From assembly GCF_009914755.1 (NCBI RefSeq), contig NC_060928.1: a stretch of DNA of 64,000 nucleotides, one strand, 5' to 3'. The translations under genes and the position numbers were made by a program. Below, in pieces: positions 14,556 through 34,249 of this stretch. Numbering within the stretch: position 1 is the first letter of the stretch; every line of letters begins with the position of its first letter. Source of the DNA: the human T2T-CHM13v2.0 reference genome, Homo sapiens. Below the pieces are notes generated by a model. The model worked only from the letters and a program-made list of their open reading frames with translations, made no database searches and was not told the origin of the DNA.

Positions 14556-14559
<4 letters not shown>

Positions 14560-14592
<33 letters not shown>
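14560..14592. repeat. (CA)n microsatellite followed by a short (TG)n
   Basis: About 16 AC units read directly. Confidence 0.95.
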
Positions 14593-14598
<6 letters not shown>

Positions 14599-14857
14599 AT
14601 GTGTGTGTGTATGTGTATTAGGCCTTCTAGGAATATGAAAATTTATATACTTACTTGGAAAGCTAACAATTAAATTTTTACTTCAGACTTCTTCCCTAAA
14701 AGTCCAGTCTTAAATTCAAACTTAACAAGCCTAATATCAAGCTTTTTGCATTGTCCCACAAATCTACTTCTCATCCTGCTCCTCAGTTTATACTGACATC
14801 TCAGCCCTAGGTGTCTAGGTTAAAAAGCTTAAAGTCAACTCCTATTTCTCACTTTGT

Positions 14858-15154
14858 CTTTCTTTTTTTTTTGTGAGATGGAGTCTCACTGTGTCTCCCC
14901 GGCTTGAGTGCAGTGGCGTGATCTCGGCTCACTGCAACCTCCGCCTCCCGCTTCAAGTGATTCTCCTGCCCCAGCCTCCCCAGTAGCTGGGATTACAGGC
15001 ACCCACCACCATGCCCAACTAATTTTTGTATTTTTAGTAGAGATGGGGTATCACCATGTTGGCCAGGCTGGTATCAAACTCCTGACCTCAGGTGATCCAC
15101 CCTCCTTGGCCTCCTAAAGTGCTGGGATTACAGGCGTGAGCCACCGTGCCCAGC
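14858..15154 (-). mobile_element. AluS-type
   Basis: Antisense dimer with imperfect TSD ttctcact(tt)gtctt. Confidence 0.93.
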
Positions 15155-15960
15155 TTCTCACTGTCTTAAATGCAACATCTCATTTACCCTGAAAGAGACT
15201 CTCTCTTTGATACGTCTCTTGCATCTATTTTTCATTCCTATTCAGTGTTACCATCCCAATTCAAGTCCTTAGAACTTAATTCTTAGAGTTATTGTAATAA
15301 CGAGCTGCTTGGGTTTCTCAATATCAGGTGAAACAATATATGTAAAGCACTCTACCACAGGGCAAATGAATGTACTCAACTAATATAGTGGGTTTCCCTC
15401 TCTAAACCATGTATCTCTAGCATATTTCTCTTTCCAAAACACCACTTTAATAATTTGCTTCTTTGAGTGATAATCTTCAATGGCTCTCAGCTATTGGACA
15501 AAATAGTCCAAATTCCTGAGAATGTCATAAGATCCTCCAAAATTTTGTGTAATTTATCTTTCCAACCTTATCCCCAACAGGAACCTTCCACACTTCAGTT
15601 GGGCTCTCACTGTCTCGAAAACAAACTGCATATGTATTACCTCAGGATCAGGTTTATATTATTTTTTAGATTGTGTTTTTCGGATTTCCCATTACAATTC
15701 TGCCCATTCTTTAAGACTGCACCCTTGGTGGGGTGAAGCCAAGATGGCTGAATAGGAACAGCTCCAGTCTACAGCTCCCAGCATGAGCAACGCAGAAGAT
15801 GGGTGATTTCTGCATTTCCAACTGAGGTACCGGGTTCATCTCACTGGGGAGTGTCAGAAAGCGGGTGCAGGACAGTGGGTGCAGCGCACCTAGCATGAGC
15901 CGAAGCAGGGCGAGGCATTGCCTCACCTGGGAAGTGCAAGGGGTCAGGGAATTCCCTTTC

Positions 15961-16182
15961 CTAGTCAAAGAAAGGGGTGACAGACGGCACCTGGAAAATC
16001 GGGTCACTCCCACCCTTAATACTGCGCTTTTCCAACAGTCTTAGCAAACGGCACACCAGGAGATTATATCCTCTGCCTGGCTTGAAGGGTCCTATGCCCA
16101 CGGAGCCTCGCTCATTGCTAGCACAGCAGTCTGAGATCAAACTGCAAGGCGGCAGCGAGGCTGGGGGAGGGGCACCCGCCAT
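15961..16182 (-). CDS. L1 ORF0 homologue (73 aa, MAGAPPPASLPPCSLISDCCASN...), open; C-terminus frameshifted relative to L1HS ORF0
   Basis: ORF-track entry 15961..16188 with ATG at 16182; the N-terminus matches primate L1 ORF0. Expression is not shown by the sequence. Confidence 0.6.
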   Translation of the reverse strand: MAGAPPPASLPPCSLISDCCASNERGSVGIGPFKPGRGYNLLVCRLLRLLEKRSIKGGSDPIFQVPSVTPFFD

Positions 16183-16743
16183 TGCCAAAGCTTGAGTAGG
16201 TAAACAAAGTGGCCAGGAAGCTCAAACTGGGTGGAGCCCACCGCAGCTCAAGGAGGCCTGCCTGCCTCTGTAGGCTCCACCTCTGGGGCAGGGCATTGCC
16301 AAACAAAAGGCAGCAGAATCCTTTGCAGACTTAAATGTCCCTGTCTGACAGCTTTGAAGAGAGTAGTGGTTCTCCCAGCATGCAGCTGGAGATCTGAGAA
16401 CAGACAGACTGCCTCCTCAAGTGGGTCCCTGACCCCCGAGTAGCCTAACTGGGAGGTACCCCCCAGTACCGGGTACTGGCTGGGTGCTCCTCTGAGACAA
16501 AATTTCCAGAGGAATGAACAGGCAGCAACATTTGCTGTTCACCAACATCCACTGTTCTGCAGCCTCCGCTGCTGATACCCAGGCAAACAGGGTCTGGAGT
16601 GGACCTCCAGCAAACTCCAACAGACCTGCAGCTGAGGGTCCTGACTGTCAGAAGGAAAACTAACAAACAGAAAGGACATCCACACCAAAACCCCATCTGC
16701 ACGTTATCATCATCAAAGAGCAAAAGTAGATAAAACCACAAAG

Positions 16744-17759
16744 ATGGGGAAAAAACAGAGCAGAAAAACTGGAAACTCTAAAAATCAGAGTGCCTCTTCT
16801 CCTCCAAAGGAACGCAGCTCCTCACCAGCAATGGAACCAAGCTGGACGGAGAATGACTTTGACGAGTTGAGAGAAGAAGGCTTCAGACGATCAAACTACT
16901 CCCAGCTAAAGTAGGAAGTTTGAACCCATGGCAAAGAAGTTAAAAACCTTGAAAAAAAATTAGACAAATGGCTAACTAGAATAACGAATGCAGAGAAGTC
17001 CTTAAAGGACCTGATGGAGCTGAAAGCCAAGGCTCGAGAACTACCTGACGAATGCACAAGCCTCAGTAGCCGATTCGATCAACTGGAAGAAAGGGTATCA
17101 GTGATGGAAGATGAAATGAATGAAATGAAGCGAGAAGAGAAGTTTAGAGAAAAAAGAATAAAAAGAAACGAACAAAGCCTCCAAGAAATATGGGACTATG
17201 TGAAAAGACCAACTCTCGTCTGATTGGTGTACCTGAAAGTGACGGGGAGAATGGAACCAAGTTGGAAAACACTCTGCAGGATATTATCCAGGAGAACTTC
17301 CCCAATCTAGCAAGGCAGGCCAACATTCATATTCAGGAAATACAGAGAATGCCACAAAGATACTCCTCAAGAACAGCAACTCCAAGACACATAATTGTCA
17401 GATTCACCAAAGTTGAAATGAAGGAAAAAATGTTAAGGGCAGCCAGAGAGAAAGATTGGGTTACCCACAAAGGGAAGCCCATCAGACTAACAGCTGATCT
17501 CTCGGCAGAAACTCTACAAGCCAGAAGAGAGTGGGGGCCAATATTCAATATTCTTAAAGAAAAGAATTTTCAACCCAGAATTTCATATCCAGCCAAACTA
17601 AGCTTCATAAGTGAAGGAGAAATAAAATCCTTTACAGACAAGCAAATGCTGAGAGATTTTGTCACCACCAGGCCTGCCCTAAAAGAGCTCCTGAAGGAAG
17701 CACTAAACATGGAAAGGAACAACCGGTACCAGCCACTGCAAAAACATGCCAAATTGTAA
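16744..17759 (+). pseudogene. L1 ORF1p, disrupted
   Basis: ATG at 16744, in-frame TAG at 16912 and TGA at 16921, frameshift near 17216; C-terminal ORF1p peptide appears in the ORF track. Confidence 0.93.
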
Positions 17760-17795
17760 AGACCATCGAGGCTAGGAAAAAACTGCATCAACTAA

Positions 17796-21644
<3,849 letters not shown>

Positions 21645-22090
21645 ACAATGAGAACACATGGACACAGGAAGGGGAACATCACACACCAGGGCCTATTGTG
21701 GGGTGGTGGGGGGGGGAGGGATAGCATTTGGAGATATACCTAATGTTAAATGATGAGTTACTGGGTGCAGCACACCAACATGGCACATGTATACATATGT
21801 AACTAACCTGCACGTTGTACACATGTACCCTAAAACTTAAAGTATAATAAAAAAAAAATTAAAAAAAAAGACTGCACCCTTGTCCCCCTTCTTTTCAGGT
21901 CTCCTTTCCATTCATTTTAATCCAGACAGCTTTCTTTACACATCAAATCTTTATGATATTAAATACTTATTTTATGTATAAGAGATTTATCAATCCTGTA
22001 TTATAATGCTAGTATTTTACATATATGTATAGATATGCACATATATGTACACACACATACATACACACATTCTTCTAAGTGGAATAGGAA

Positions 22091-23574
<1,484 letters not shown>

Positions 23575-25099
23575 TATTTGCTGATTTATGGCTAAATTTC
23601 TAATTTTCTAAAATTAGAAAAGTTCTAATTTTCTAAATTATAGAAAACATAGTAGTTAGAAAATTTTAATCCTTATTTGCTCAAGATTTACTGAGGAATT
23701 TATCAGAAAAACCATATTTTAGATAAAAACTATTGGTATTTATTTAGACTTATTTATATTCTTCTTTCTCCAAAGAAATTGAAGTGGCTAAGAAAAGCTT
23801 ATTTTTCATTCAAGCATTTCTTTCAACCTTACAGTTTTCTTCCAAATGAAATTTTAGAAGGTATTAAAGGGTGAAGAGAAAAGTGATTTCACAAACTCTA
23901 TCCCCTGAGACTTTCCTAGAGCCTTCCTGTCAGTACTTTGTATCTTCTTATTTCTCTGTCAGGATGTTTCATTGCAGGGATAAAGGAAAGACCCGGGAGG
24001 ATGATTCGACTCTTTGTTATCTACAAGACATTTTCCCTTCATTAGAGAAAATAATTGAGAGTTCCCTGTATCATGAATGATTTAGGATAAACATTAAATA
24101 AGACTTTCCAGAAAGTTTCACAGTGGTATTACAGTTGAAACACATGCCCAGTAAGACTATATAATCTCTTCCCTGGAAATCTTTAAGAACAGAAACATTC
24201 ATACCTATCAGAGATGATTTAAGTGTAGCTTGCCGGAAGACACAGAGATAGAGGAAATTTCATTCTGGTATGACATTTTAAAGAGTATTTTGCACCAAGT
24301 AATTGAAATAAAACTGTACCCAATTTCTCTATAATTTCTGGCTTATTATAGGGTATAAGGATCAAGGTGTAATTACTATCTTCCACTAATTTTAAAGTAC
24401 ATATAGAAGAATGAGGAATCCCTTATAGTATCACTGGGAAGTGCTTAGTTCATCAGTGTCTCATACGTTTTTAGTTCACTTATATAATTCATGTTTATGT
24501 GACAGAAAATCTTACTCATCCTTACAAAACATAATTTAGAAATATACTTGCAAAATGTAATTTCTGTGTAAGTAAAAGTTTACTAAGTAATTTACATATG
24601 AAGCAATTTATGTTGTATGTATTAAAAAATTAAATGCTTAAATAAACAAGATACTGTAATCAACACTGATATGCCATCAGATTAGACCATTGTTGGAAGA
24701 TCTTTCAGCCCTTCCCTCTCTTCTCCTGAGTGCCCACTGTTTGTTGTTCCCATCTTTATGTCCACGTTGTACCAGTCTTTTAATCAAAATGTTTTCTCAA
24801 CTAAATCATATTGTTTCCCACTTAAGTCCAATCAATTACGAGAGATGTTAGTAAAGCAAATCTGTAATATCATATAATATTAAGATCTAAAAGGCAAAAT
24901 AAATATTTTCTGAACAAAATATTTAATCCTAGTATGTGGCAAAATGGTTAGCAAATGCAAAGATTGTAATCTCAACTTTTTGTATGGCTTCAAAAGACCT
25001 GACTGCTAAAAAAGAAAATACATTCCAAAGTTTCAAATCTTTTCTCATTGTTAACTAAAAATACCATGGGTTAAGGCAGGCGGGTCAGCGTTAGATATA

Positions 25100-26220
25100 C
25101 TGGAGAACTTTGGGTCAGTGTTAGGTTCTTTCTTTCCCTATTTACACTTTCCCCCTAAGTGATCTTGTCTAGTCCATGACTGTAAATATAACATTACAAA
25201 TTTCTATCTTTAGCCTGACCTCTCTGTGCTCTTCACTTGTGTATTCAATGACCTACTTGACACGTTTACTAGAAAAAAACTAATAAGCATCTCAAATGTA
25301 ACCTGTCCAAAATGGAAACTACTTCTTATCTATCTCTTCCTAAGTTCCCTTCTTCCTAGTAAATAAGCATTGCCATCTACCTGGCTGCTCAAGTCAAAAG
25401 CTTAGGCATCATCTTTGATTCCTCCTTTTTCCTTCATGCCCTATATTTATCAGTAAGTTCTATTCTACCTTCCAAATGTATTTCAAAACTGCCCACTTCT
25501 CTCCATCTCCACTGAAGATAACCCTATTCTAAGCCACTATCATCTATTGCCAAAACTACTGTAAAACTCTAATATCTGGTTTCTCTGATTCCATTTTTGC
25601 TCCCTCTCTAGTCTATTTTCCATACAGTAGTTATAAGTGGTCTTTAAACTCTAAGGATGTTTCAAATTCTCCAGTGATTTCCCACTGCTGCACTTTAGAC
25701 TTTTTTTTTAACCTTAAAATAGTACTACTTAAACATTCTACTTAAAATGAGTAAAAGTATCTCATTTAGAATAGCCCACTCAATCTGATCCCTGCTGAGG
25801 TAGCTTTTCAATATTACAGCATTCTTTCCCCTCACTCACTATACTCACTCACATGAGCTTACTCCTTCCTAACACTGGACCTTTACACTTGCTATTCTTC
25901 CATCTGCCTGGAATATTTTCCTGACTTTTTAGTATAATTTCTTCTCATTTTTCAGACCTCAGTTTAAATGTCACCTTTTTAGACTATTTTTTTTTTCTAA
26001 AATAATCTAGCTCTTCTAACTCCTACCTCCATTCCAGTAATGTATCACATGACTCCATTTATTTTCTTCATACCACTTTAAACATCTTAAATTGTTTATT
26101 TGTTGGTTCTGATTGTTATATTGTTGGTTCTTCTCTTACAGCCTCTCCCCACTAGAATGAAAACTCCTAAGGAGAAGCTACATTCACAAGGCTTAGAATG
26201 TAACTGGCAATCAAAAGGTG
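25100..26220 (+). mobile_element. L2 remnant
   Basis: tctatctttagcctgacctctc, ttaggcatcatctttgattcct and cccactagaatgaaaactcc motifs. Confidence 0.65.
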
Positions 26221-26365
26221 TTTTTTTTTAGCCTATGCATGCTTTAATTAATTCCACAGAATCAGTTGCCTAGTCCATCCAGTAAGAACATTTCTAATAT
26301 CTTACATCTTGCCTTTTCAAAGTTTTTGCTAAGTACTTGCTCTCATATCAGAACTAATGAGATAA

Positions 26366-26673
<308 letters not shown>

Positions 26674-26899
26674 GATTATATTTTCAAAGTAGCCATCAAG
26701 TGATATAATAAATTTGGGAGATTACTAATAGGAAAATCAATGTGTTCTAAAGCTTTATTTATAAAGATCCTTCACAGGAAGCTTATTTTAAAGTTATTTG
26801 AAGAATGAACTGAAAGTTACAAAGTAATGGTTGAAATTTCCTCACAACATCTATTGTTAAGTGCTCATCTTAGAAGGAGTTTGGGGAAATTATGAAGTT

Positions 26900-27850
26900 C
26901 ACTCATTTAATAAATACTGAAATGAGTGCCTGTTACATGCTAGCTAGGTGCTAGGGAGACAAGGAGGAAACAAGATCTAGTCACTGCCATAGTGAAACTT
27001 ATGAACCACTAGAAATATTGGAAAGCTACTAGGCTTAAAATAGGTAGCAAATGCTATAAAAACTTCATGGTGCTATGATAAAACATATGGAAGAATCGGG
27101 GGTTAGAGCTGTCTCTTCAGAGGAAGTAGACTTTTAAGCTGATATATAAAAGATAAATAGCAGTTAGATGGAAAAAGGCAGAAGAAGGAAAAGAAGAGTG
27201 TCACAGTCAAATCCGTGTGTGAAGACCAGGAAAAAAGGATAATAAATTCAGGAAACAAAAGAAGTTCAGCATGAATGAGATACAGAGTGTTACTAGGAGG
27301 TGGGGGTGGGAGTGAGAGAGGAACAAGCTGGAAGTGCAAGGAAATACAGATCACAAAGAACCTTATAAGTCGTAACAGGAAATTGGCACTGAAGTATTTT
27401 AAGAAGAGAAGTGACGATTCGATTTGAACATCAGGAAATCTTGCTGACTGTAGCAGGAAAAATAGTAAGGATATTAATCCATAGTCAAATTAGAGTGTTA
27501 TTGCAGTAATCCAGGTGAGCAATGTTGACAGCCTGAATGATAGCAACTGGAAAGAAATGGACAGATTGAAGAGATATCTAGGAGATTGAATTAGTAACAC
27601 TGGGGTTTGGGTTATGAGGAGGAGTCCAAGATGATACCCAGAGTTTTTCTTGAGCAACTGGGTAGATGATATTACCATTCACAGAAATGGGAAATATAGG
27701 ATGAAATAAAAATAAAAACTTCAGCTAGGGGTGAAATAATGGGTTCAATTTAGACTAAACTCAGTTTGAAGTACATATGAAAATACTCAGTAGAGAGTTG
27801 GAAATACAGACTATTTCAAAAAGGTCTGCATTAGAAGATGTTTTATAATA
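26900..27850 (-). mobile_element. L2 remnant
   Basis: Purine-rich antisense L2 motifs ttgcagtaatccaggtga and gagtccaagatgatacccaga. Confidence 0.6.
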
Positions 27851-28823
27851 ATAATTGGCCCATTTCTGTTTTTCTCTATCATAGAAATGAATATCCTAAC
27901 CCATATTGAAAGTCAGAGTTTCCACACTAATTGTATTTTAATTGTGACTATCACTGGCATATCCATTAGCTGAAATGGTATGGTTATGAGAGTATGAGCA
28001 AGGTTTTCCCTGCAATGTATCCATCTCTTTGAAAACATCACACATACTTTAAATAAAACAAATAAAAGACATATGAAATAAAACAAAGTTACTTAATTAT
28101 GGGATAAGAAATTTAAATTTAGGCTAACATCTTGGACACTTTAATTAATTACTATAATTGCTTGGACCAGTCTGTTATGATTGAGGCACCGTTTAAGGTA
28201 AGGATGAGCCATGTAGATTTTGGCTGATACAGTACAAAGGAAAATTCCTTCAACGCATGAAATGCTTTAGTGATGACTGATGATTAAATTGCATAAGGTT
28301 CTATTCTATATTATATGAGAGAATTAAAAACAAAAGGTGCGCTATTCATTTCAGTGAAATGATGGATCTGCCAGCTGCAGCAAGCACTTTCCTTGGAACT
28401 CTCTTATGACAAATTAACATAGCATGTGCCAGATGTTTTTTTCTTTTTCCTGTTGAATTATGCTATAATATGCTTCAGTTACTTTTAGTAATTATGTATT
28501 TTGTAATTTGCTGGTACCTGCAGCTGCCTCTCATCCTGTTAATTAAAAAAAAAAAAAAAGAAAGAAAAAAACAGTTACAGCAGCCAAACATTACAGATAT
28601 ACAGCCAAGGAATTATATTGTTTTACAAAGTGAAGAGAATGCCTTAGGTGCAAATGCTGTGTAGTTCACTCTATATGTACAGTTTGTTTTGGACAAGCGA
28701 ATATTACATACTGTATATTCATGTGTTCATTCATTTATCCAATACAATCTAATTGAATAATTAGATTCCTTTCCCAATTAAAACTGTTTAATCTGGTTAA
28801 TAAAACCATAAATATTTAGATCC

Positions 28824-29160
28824 CTGTCTGCAGCAGAGACAACAGTGTTCACCAGACATTCCATGTGTACCATACATTTCCCAGACTTCTATGCAGTTCT
28901 CACCAATGGAGGTAAAAGTTAGTGATATATATAATTTCAAAACTGAGTTAGTTAAGTGCCCATGTTCCTCTTCCATTCCTCTCTTTCTCAGAGGTGATCT
29001 CAGGAAACCACGTGTTAAAGAAGGCGTACACTCTAGTAGAGCCTTCCTGCCAAACTGCCTAAGACATGCAACGTAAGCAATAATAAACCTTTGTTTTGTT
29101 TAGTCCCTAAGATTTCAGTTTGTTTGCTGTGGTGGCTGACATTGCTTAACATAATAAACT
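28824..29160 (+). mobile_element. Old MaLR/ERVL LTR fragment (MLT1/LTR16-like)
   Basis: catttcccagacttc..aataaacctttgttttgtttagtccctaagattt. Confidence 0.45.
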
Positions 29161-29416
29161 GCGTAGATCTGACCTACTCTTACATCACTATTGCCTCATT
29201 TTGCATACTATTTCTTTTACTTCAAACATACTGATTGTATTACTGCTTTGGCGGTCTTTGAACTAGCTGTTCTCTTTGCTTAAAATGCTCTTTCTCCTGA
29301 TCTTTATATCCTTTTTATCATTATATCTCACCTTAAGATTCATTTCTTCACAGGATCTACCTGGTCTACCACCCTCAGATATCCAACAATCCATTATCAC
29401 ACTGGCTTATTTTAAA

Positions 29417-29713
29417 TTTTCTTTCTTTTTTTACAGACAAGGTCTCGCTCTGTCACTCAGGCTGGAGTGCAGTAGCATGATCATACCTCACTGCAGTCTT
29501 GACCTCCTGGCTCAAGTGGTTCTCCCACCCCAGCCTCCCAAGTAGCTAGAACTACAGGCACACACACCATGCCCAGAAAACTTTCATAATTTCTGTAGGG
29601 ACAGGGTCTTGCTATGCTGCAGAGGCTGGTATCAAACTCCTGGCTTCAAGTGATCCTCCCACTTCGGTCTCCCAAATGCTGGGATAACAGGTGTGAGCCA
29701 CTGCACCCAGCCT
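29417..29713 (-). mobile_element. Alu (AluJ-type) within L2 fragments
   Basis: Antisense dimer. Confidence 0.9.
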
Positions 29714-30249
29714 CTAAACTTTTTGCATGGTACTTATTATCTGATAATTAACATGCGTATGTTTATTTATTCAATAATTTCTACTTCACTGTCAATAATC
29801 TAAACTTCAAAAAAATAAGAATCTTGTCTTTGCTGTATTCCCATTACTTCAAGAACAGTGCCTGCTCAATAAATACGTGATAAGTGAATAATATGTAGAC
29901 TAGGAATATGTCCGAGGGCTGGCCAAGCACTTTTGGTTTATTGGGGTGGTTGTTCAGTGTGACTGGAGCATAAAGAACTTGAAGGCTGGAGGCCGAGAGG
30001 CAGACTGCAGATAAAATATGGCAGAGAAAAGACTGTGAAAAATCTGTAGGCAACAATAAAACAGAAGTCTTTAAGTAGGCAGGGCCAGTATACTTACTTT
30101 TTAGTAAAATAACTGTAACAGCAGTATGAAAGATGGAATAGAGTGGGGAAAAATTTGATGGCAGAGAAACCAGAGTGAAGGCGGCCACTTTAGGAGCCAT
30201 AGTTAAAGATGTGAGGGCCCTGACCAACTGCAGGGACACGTATGTCACC

Positions 30250-31487
<1,238 letters not shown>

Positions 31488-32834
31488 TTAGTACATATAT
31501 ACTGCAGTTACAGATACTATACACTAATAAGTTAACTAGTAAAACAGCTTCTTCTTTGAAGCTCAAAATTCTTTGTGATACATACATTGCAAGATAAAGT
31601 AGTAGTAGCTAAGAGGGGATAATTATAGAGGAATTAATAAGATATTACAAATTAAACTTCAAACCAAAAGATACCATACAGAAACTCAAATTTTTAAAAA
31701 GCTTCTGATCCTAAGTTCTCCGATACTAAGATGAAAAATTACCTATGAAAAAATTATTTTATTTAATTATTTGGTGTTACATTTAGTTTTGACCATAGTT
31801 ACTTATGGGTAGATAATTTTAAAAATCACAGGTACTGGTAATCATATTTAATTGTCAGTTGCGAAAAGGTATAGAAGTTTCCACGGGGAATAAAGCAAGT
31901 CAAGGGAGGACTACGTATATCATGACTATACTTATATTTGGTTTTGCCTCTAATATTCTCCTAACTGTAGCAAATAGGTGGACAAAAGCAAGCAAGAAAA
32001 TAGCAACTTAAAAGAATTCAATTCTTATGAAGTAGAGAGGACAGAGGCAAACAGCCAAGTACTTTCAAGATTCAATGCATACAACTAATTTAGAGACCAA
32101 GGAATGCTAGCACTTTTTAAAAGGCGTATTTTCAGGGGGAAAGCTTTGATGCTTAATACATCACAATAATGCACACAGAGAAGCAGGATGCTGAGCCCTA
32201 ACCTGAAAACGCTCACTTTTGAAAGCGAGTAATAACACTTTTGATATGAATGCTAGAATATATAATGCTGTGGTATATATAGAGACATCATTACACGGAG
32301 AGTCAAATGCATCAAACAAGCCATTTACTTTTAAAATGCTCTGTAGTTTATTTTGCAATTTATTATTAATTAAAGACCTAATTGGTTCAAGACTTGGACT
32401 ATACCATTGAATCACTAAAAACAAAACCACTTCTAAGGAGAACAAATGAATTCTTCCCCAGAGATATGGAAGTACCATCTAGCAGTTAGTCTGGTACTTT
32501 ACTGATGCTCAATATGGATGCTATTGTATGTCAAGGGTAGATTATCACCTTTGTAACGTATTTTTTCATTAAAATTAAAAATAAATTTTTTAACTTGAAA
32601 ATTATAAATCTATTATGACTGTCATAGAATTTTGTATTATGACCAATAGGTAAGATAGGTCAGTGAAAATACTTCAGTAGATACATTTTATTGATTTCAT
32701 GCATAATCTTCAGTATTATTTATGTTCTCCAAAAAGGAGGGATACAATTCATATATATAAATCTTGCCTAAAATCTACTGCCTTCTAGAACTAGTAATCT
32801 TTTTGTGCAAGTAAAAGTAAGTACATGGGCTTTT

Positions 32835-32910
32835 CTCTCCTACTCTTCCTCCTCCTCCTTCCCCTCCTCCTCTTCCCCTCCTCCTCTTCCCCCTCCTCCT
32901 CCTTTTTCTT
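32835..32910. repeat. CT-rich (CCT)n low-complexity tract
   Basis: Read directly; adjoins a short Alu fragment at about 32925-32950. Confidence 0.85.
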
Positions 32911-34249
32911 TGTATATATATATAAATAGAGACAGGGTCTCAATGTGTTGTCCTTTACCAAGACTTGGTTTTTAAGGCTGGGCAGAAAAGGAGGTAAGCT
33001 TTGAAACAGAAAGAAAAAAAGATGGCAAAAATCCTAGTGATATTTACTGGATTTACTGGATTCACATATACCACTGGTCAAGATATAAACTGCAATCTTG
33101 ACTATTTAGGCTAGGCAGGGCTTTGTTACCAAATGTGATTTGCTGAGCATATCTGGCCAGTGCTGGCAGAAAGTTCAAATAAATTTAAAAGCCAAGATTT
33201 CACTTAAGTAGGAATTTTCTTTAGAAGGTTTGTTGGTTTGCTTCAAATTGCTTATTCCATGAATTATTTCTATTTGTTTCTCTCAGGGTAGTTAACCATT
33301 TCATGTTGCTACGTTCGGCATTCTGTTGTTGTGGAAAATTGTTTTTTAAAACAATTCTTTGTATTTAACTGAACATCTAACAAGGAGGCACTACAGCAAA
33401 ACAAAAATAAAATCTAGGGACAAATGAAGAGTTTGTTCTTACACTGGAGCATTACAGCCAAGTTGACAGGAAACACAGGCATGGGAAAATATAACTGCAG
33501 TGTGGGAAACTGCAGAAGTTCTCTTCTGATTGCTTCTCTTTTCTCAGTGAAACAGGAATTGAAGTTATTGCCTAAAAGGGATGATGGGGGAGGAGTTGCA
33601 AAAAGATTTGAGGACAGAATAAAGGGTATGAAATAGTCACCAAAGAGAGTAGAATATATAAAATGATTGTCTTGCAGCACTAAAGGTCCCTTTTGTGGTC
33701 ATGAATTTAAAGTGAGACAACCCAGAATGGCTGTGTGTGTTTTTTCCAGCCACCTTGAGCTGAATGAGTAAAGCTACAGAGAAGACGAGTTATATTTAAA
33801 CAGGGCTGTGGTTGGCCAAGGAAGAAGAGAAAGAAGGGCAGGAGAGTGGAGGATGATTATCTCTGCTGACCTCTTCTAAAATGGGGCGCTCTCAAAAATA
33901 CATACAGTGCCTATTGGCTTTTTCTGTTTATTTTTCTCTTTAGCACTCACCATCTATCACATATTTAATTTCTCTTGTTTAATTTGAGACCAATTAATGT
34001 TTGTCTCCCCTATTAGAATGAAAGCTCCATGAGGGCAGGGATTTTTGCCTGTTTTGTTCACTGGTATTGTCTTTTAAAAGGTATGAGTCTTTGCTGGATA
34101 ACAGCAAAGCAGGTATCAGAGTACTGGTACTCACCCGCTCCTCACCACTGCCCACAAAGAGAAGTGACTAGCTGGCTTACTACTTAGCAGCTATTTCTAA
34201 AGCACTGGGCGATTTGGATATCATTTTGATCTTTAAAACTAGTAATATT

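Noticed and set aside
21700-21720. G-quadruplex-like tract
   Set aside because: Standard G-rich tract of the L1 3'UTR.
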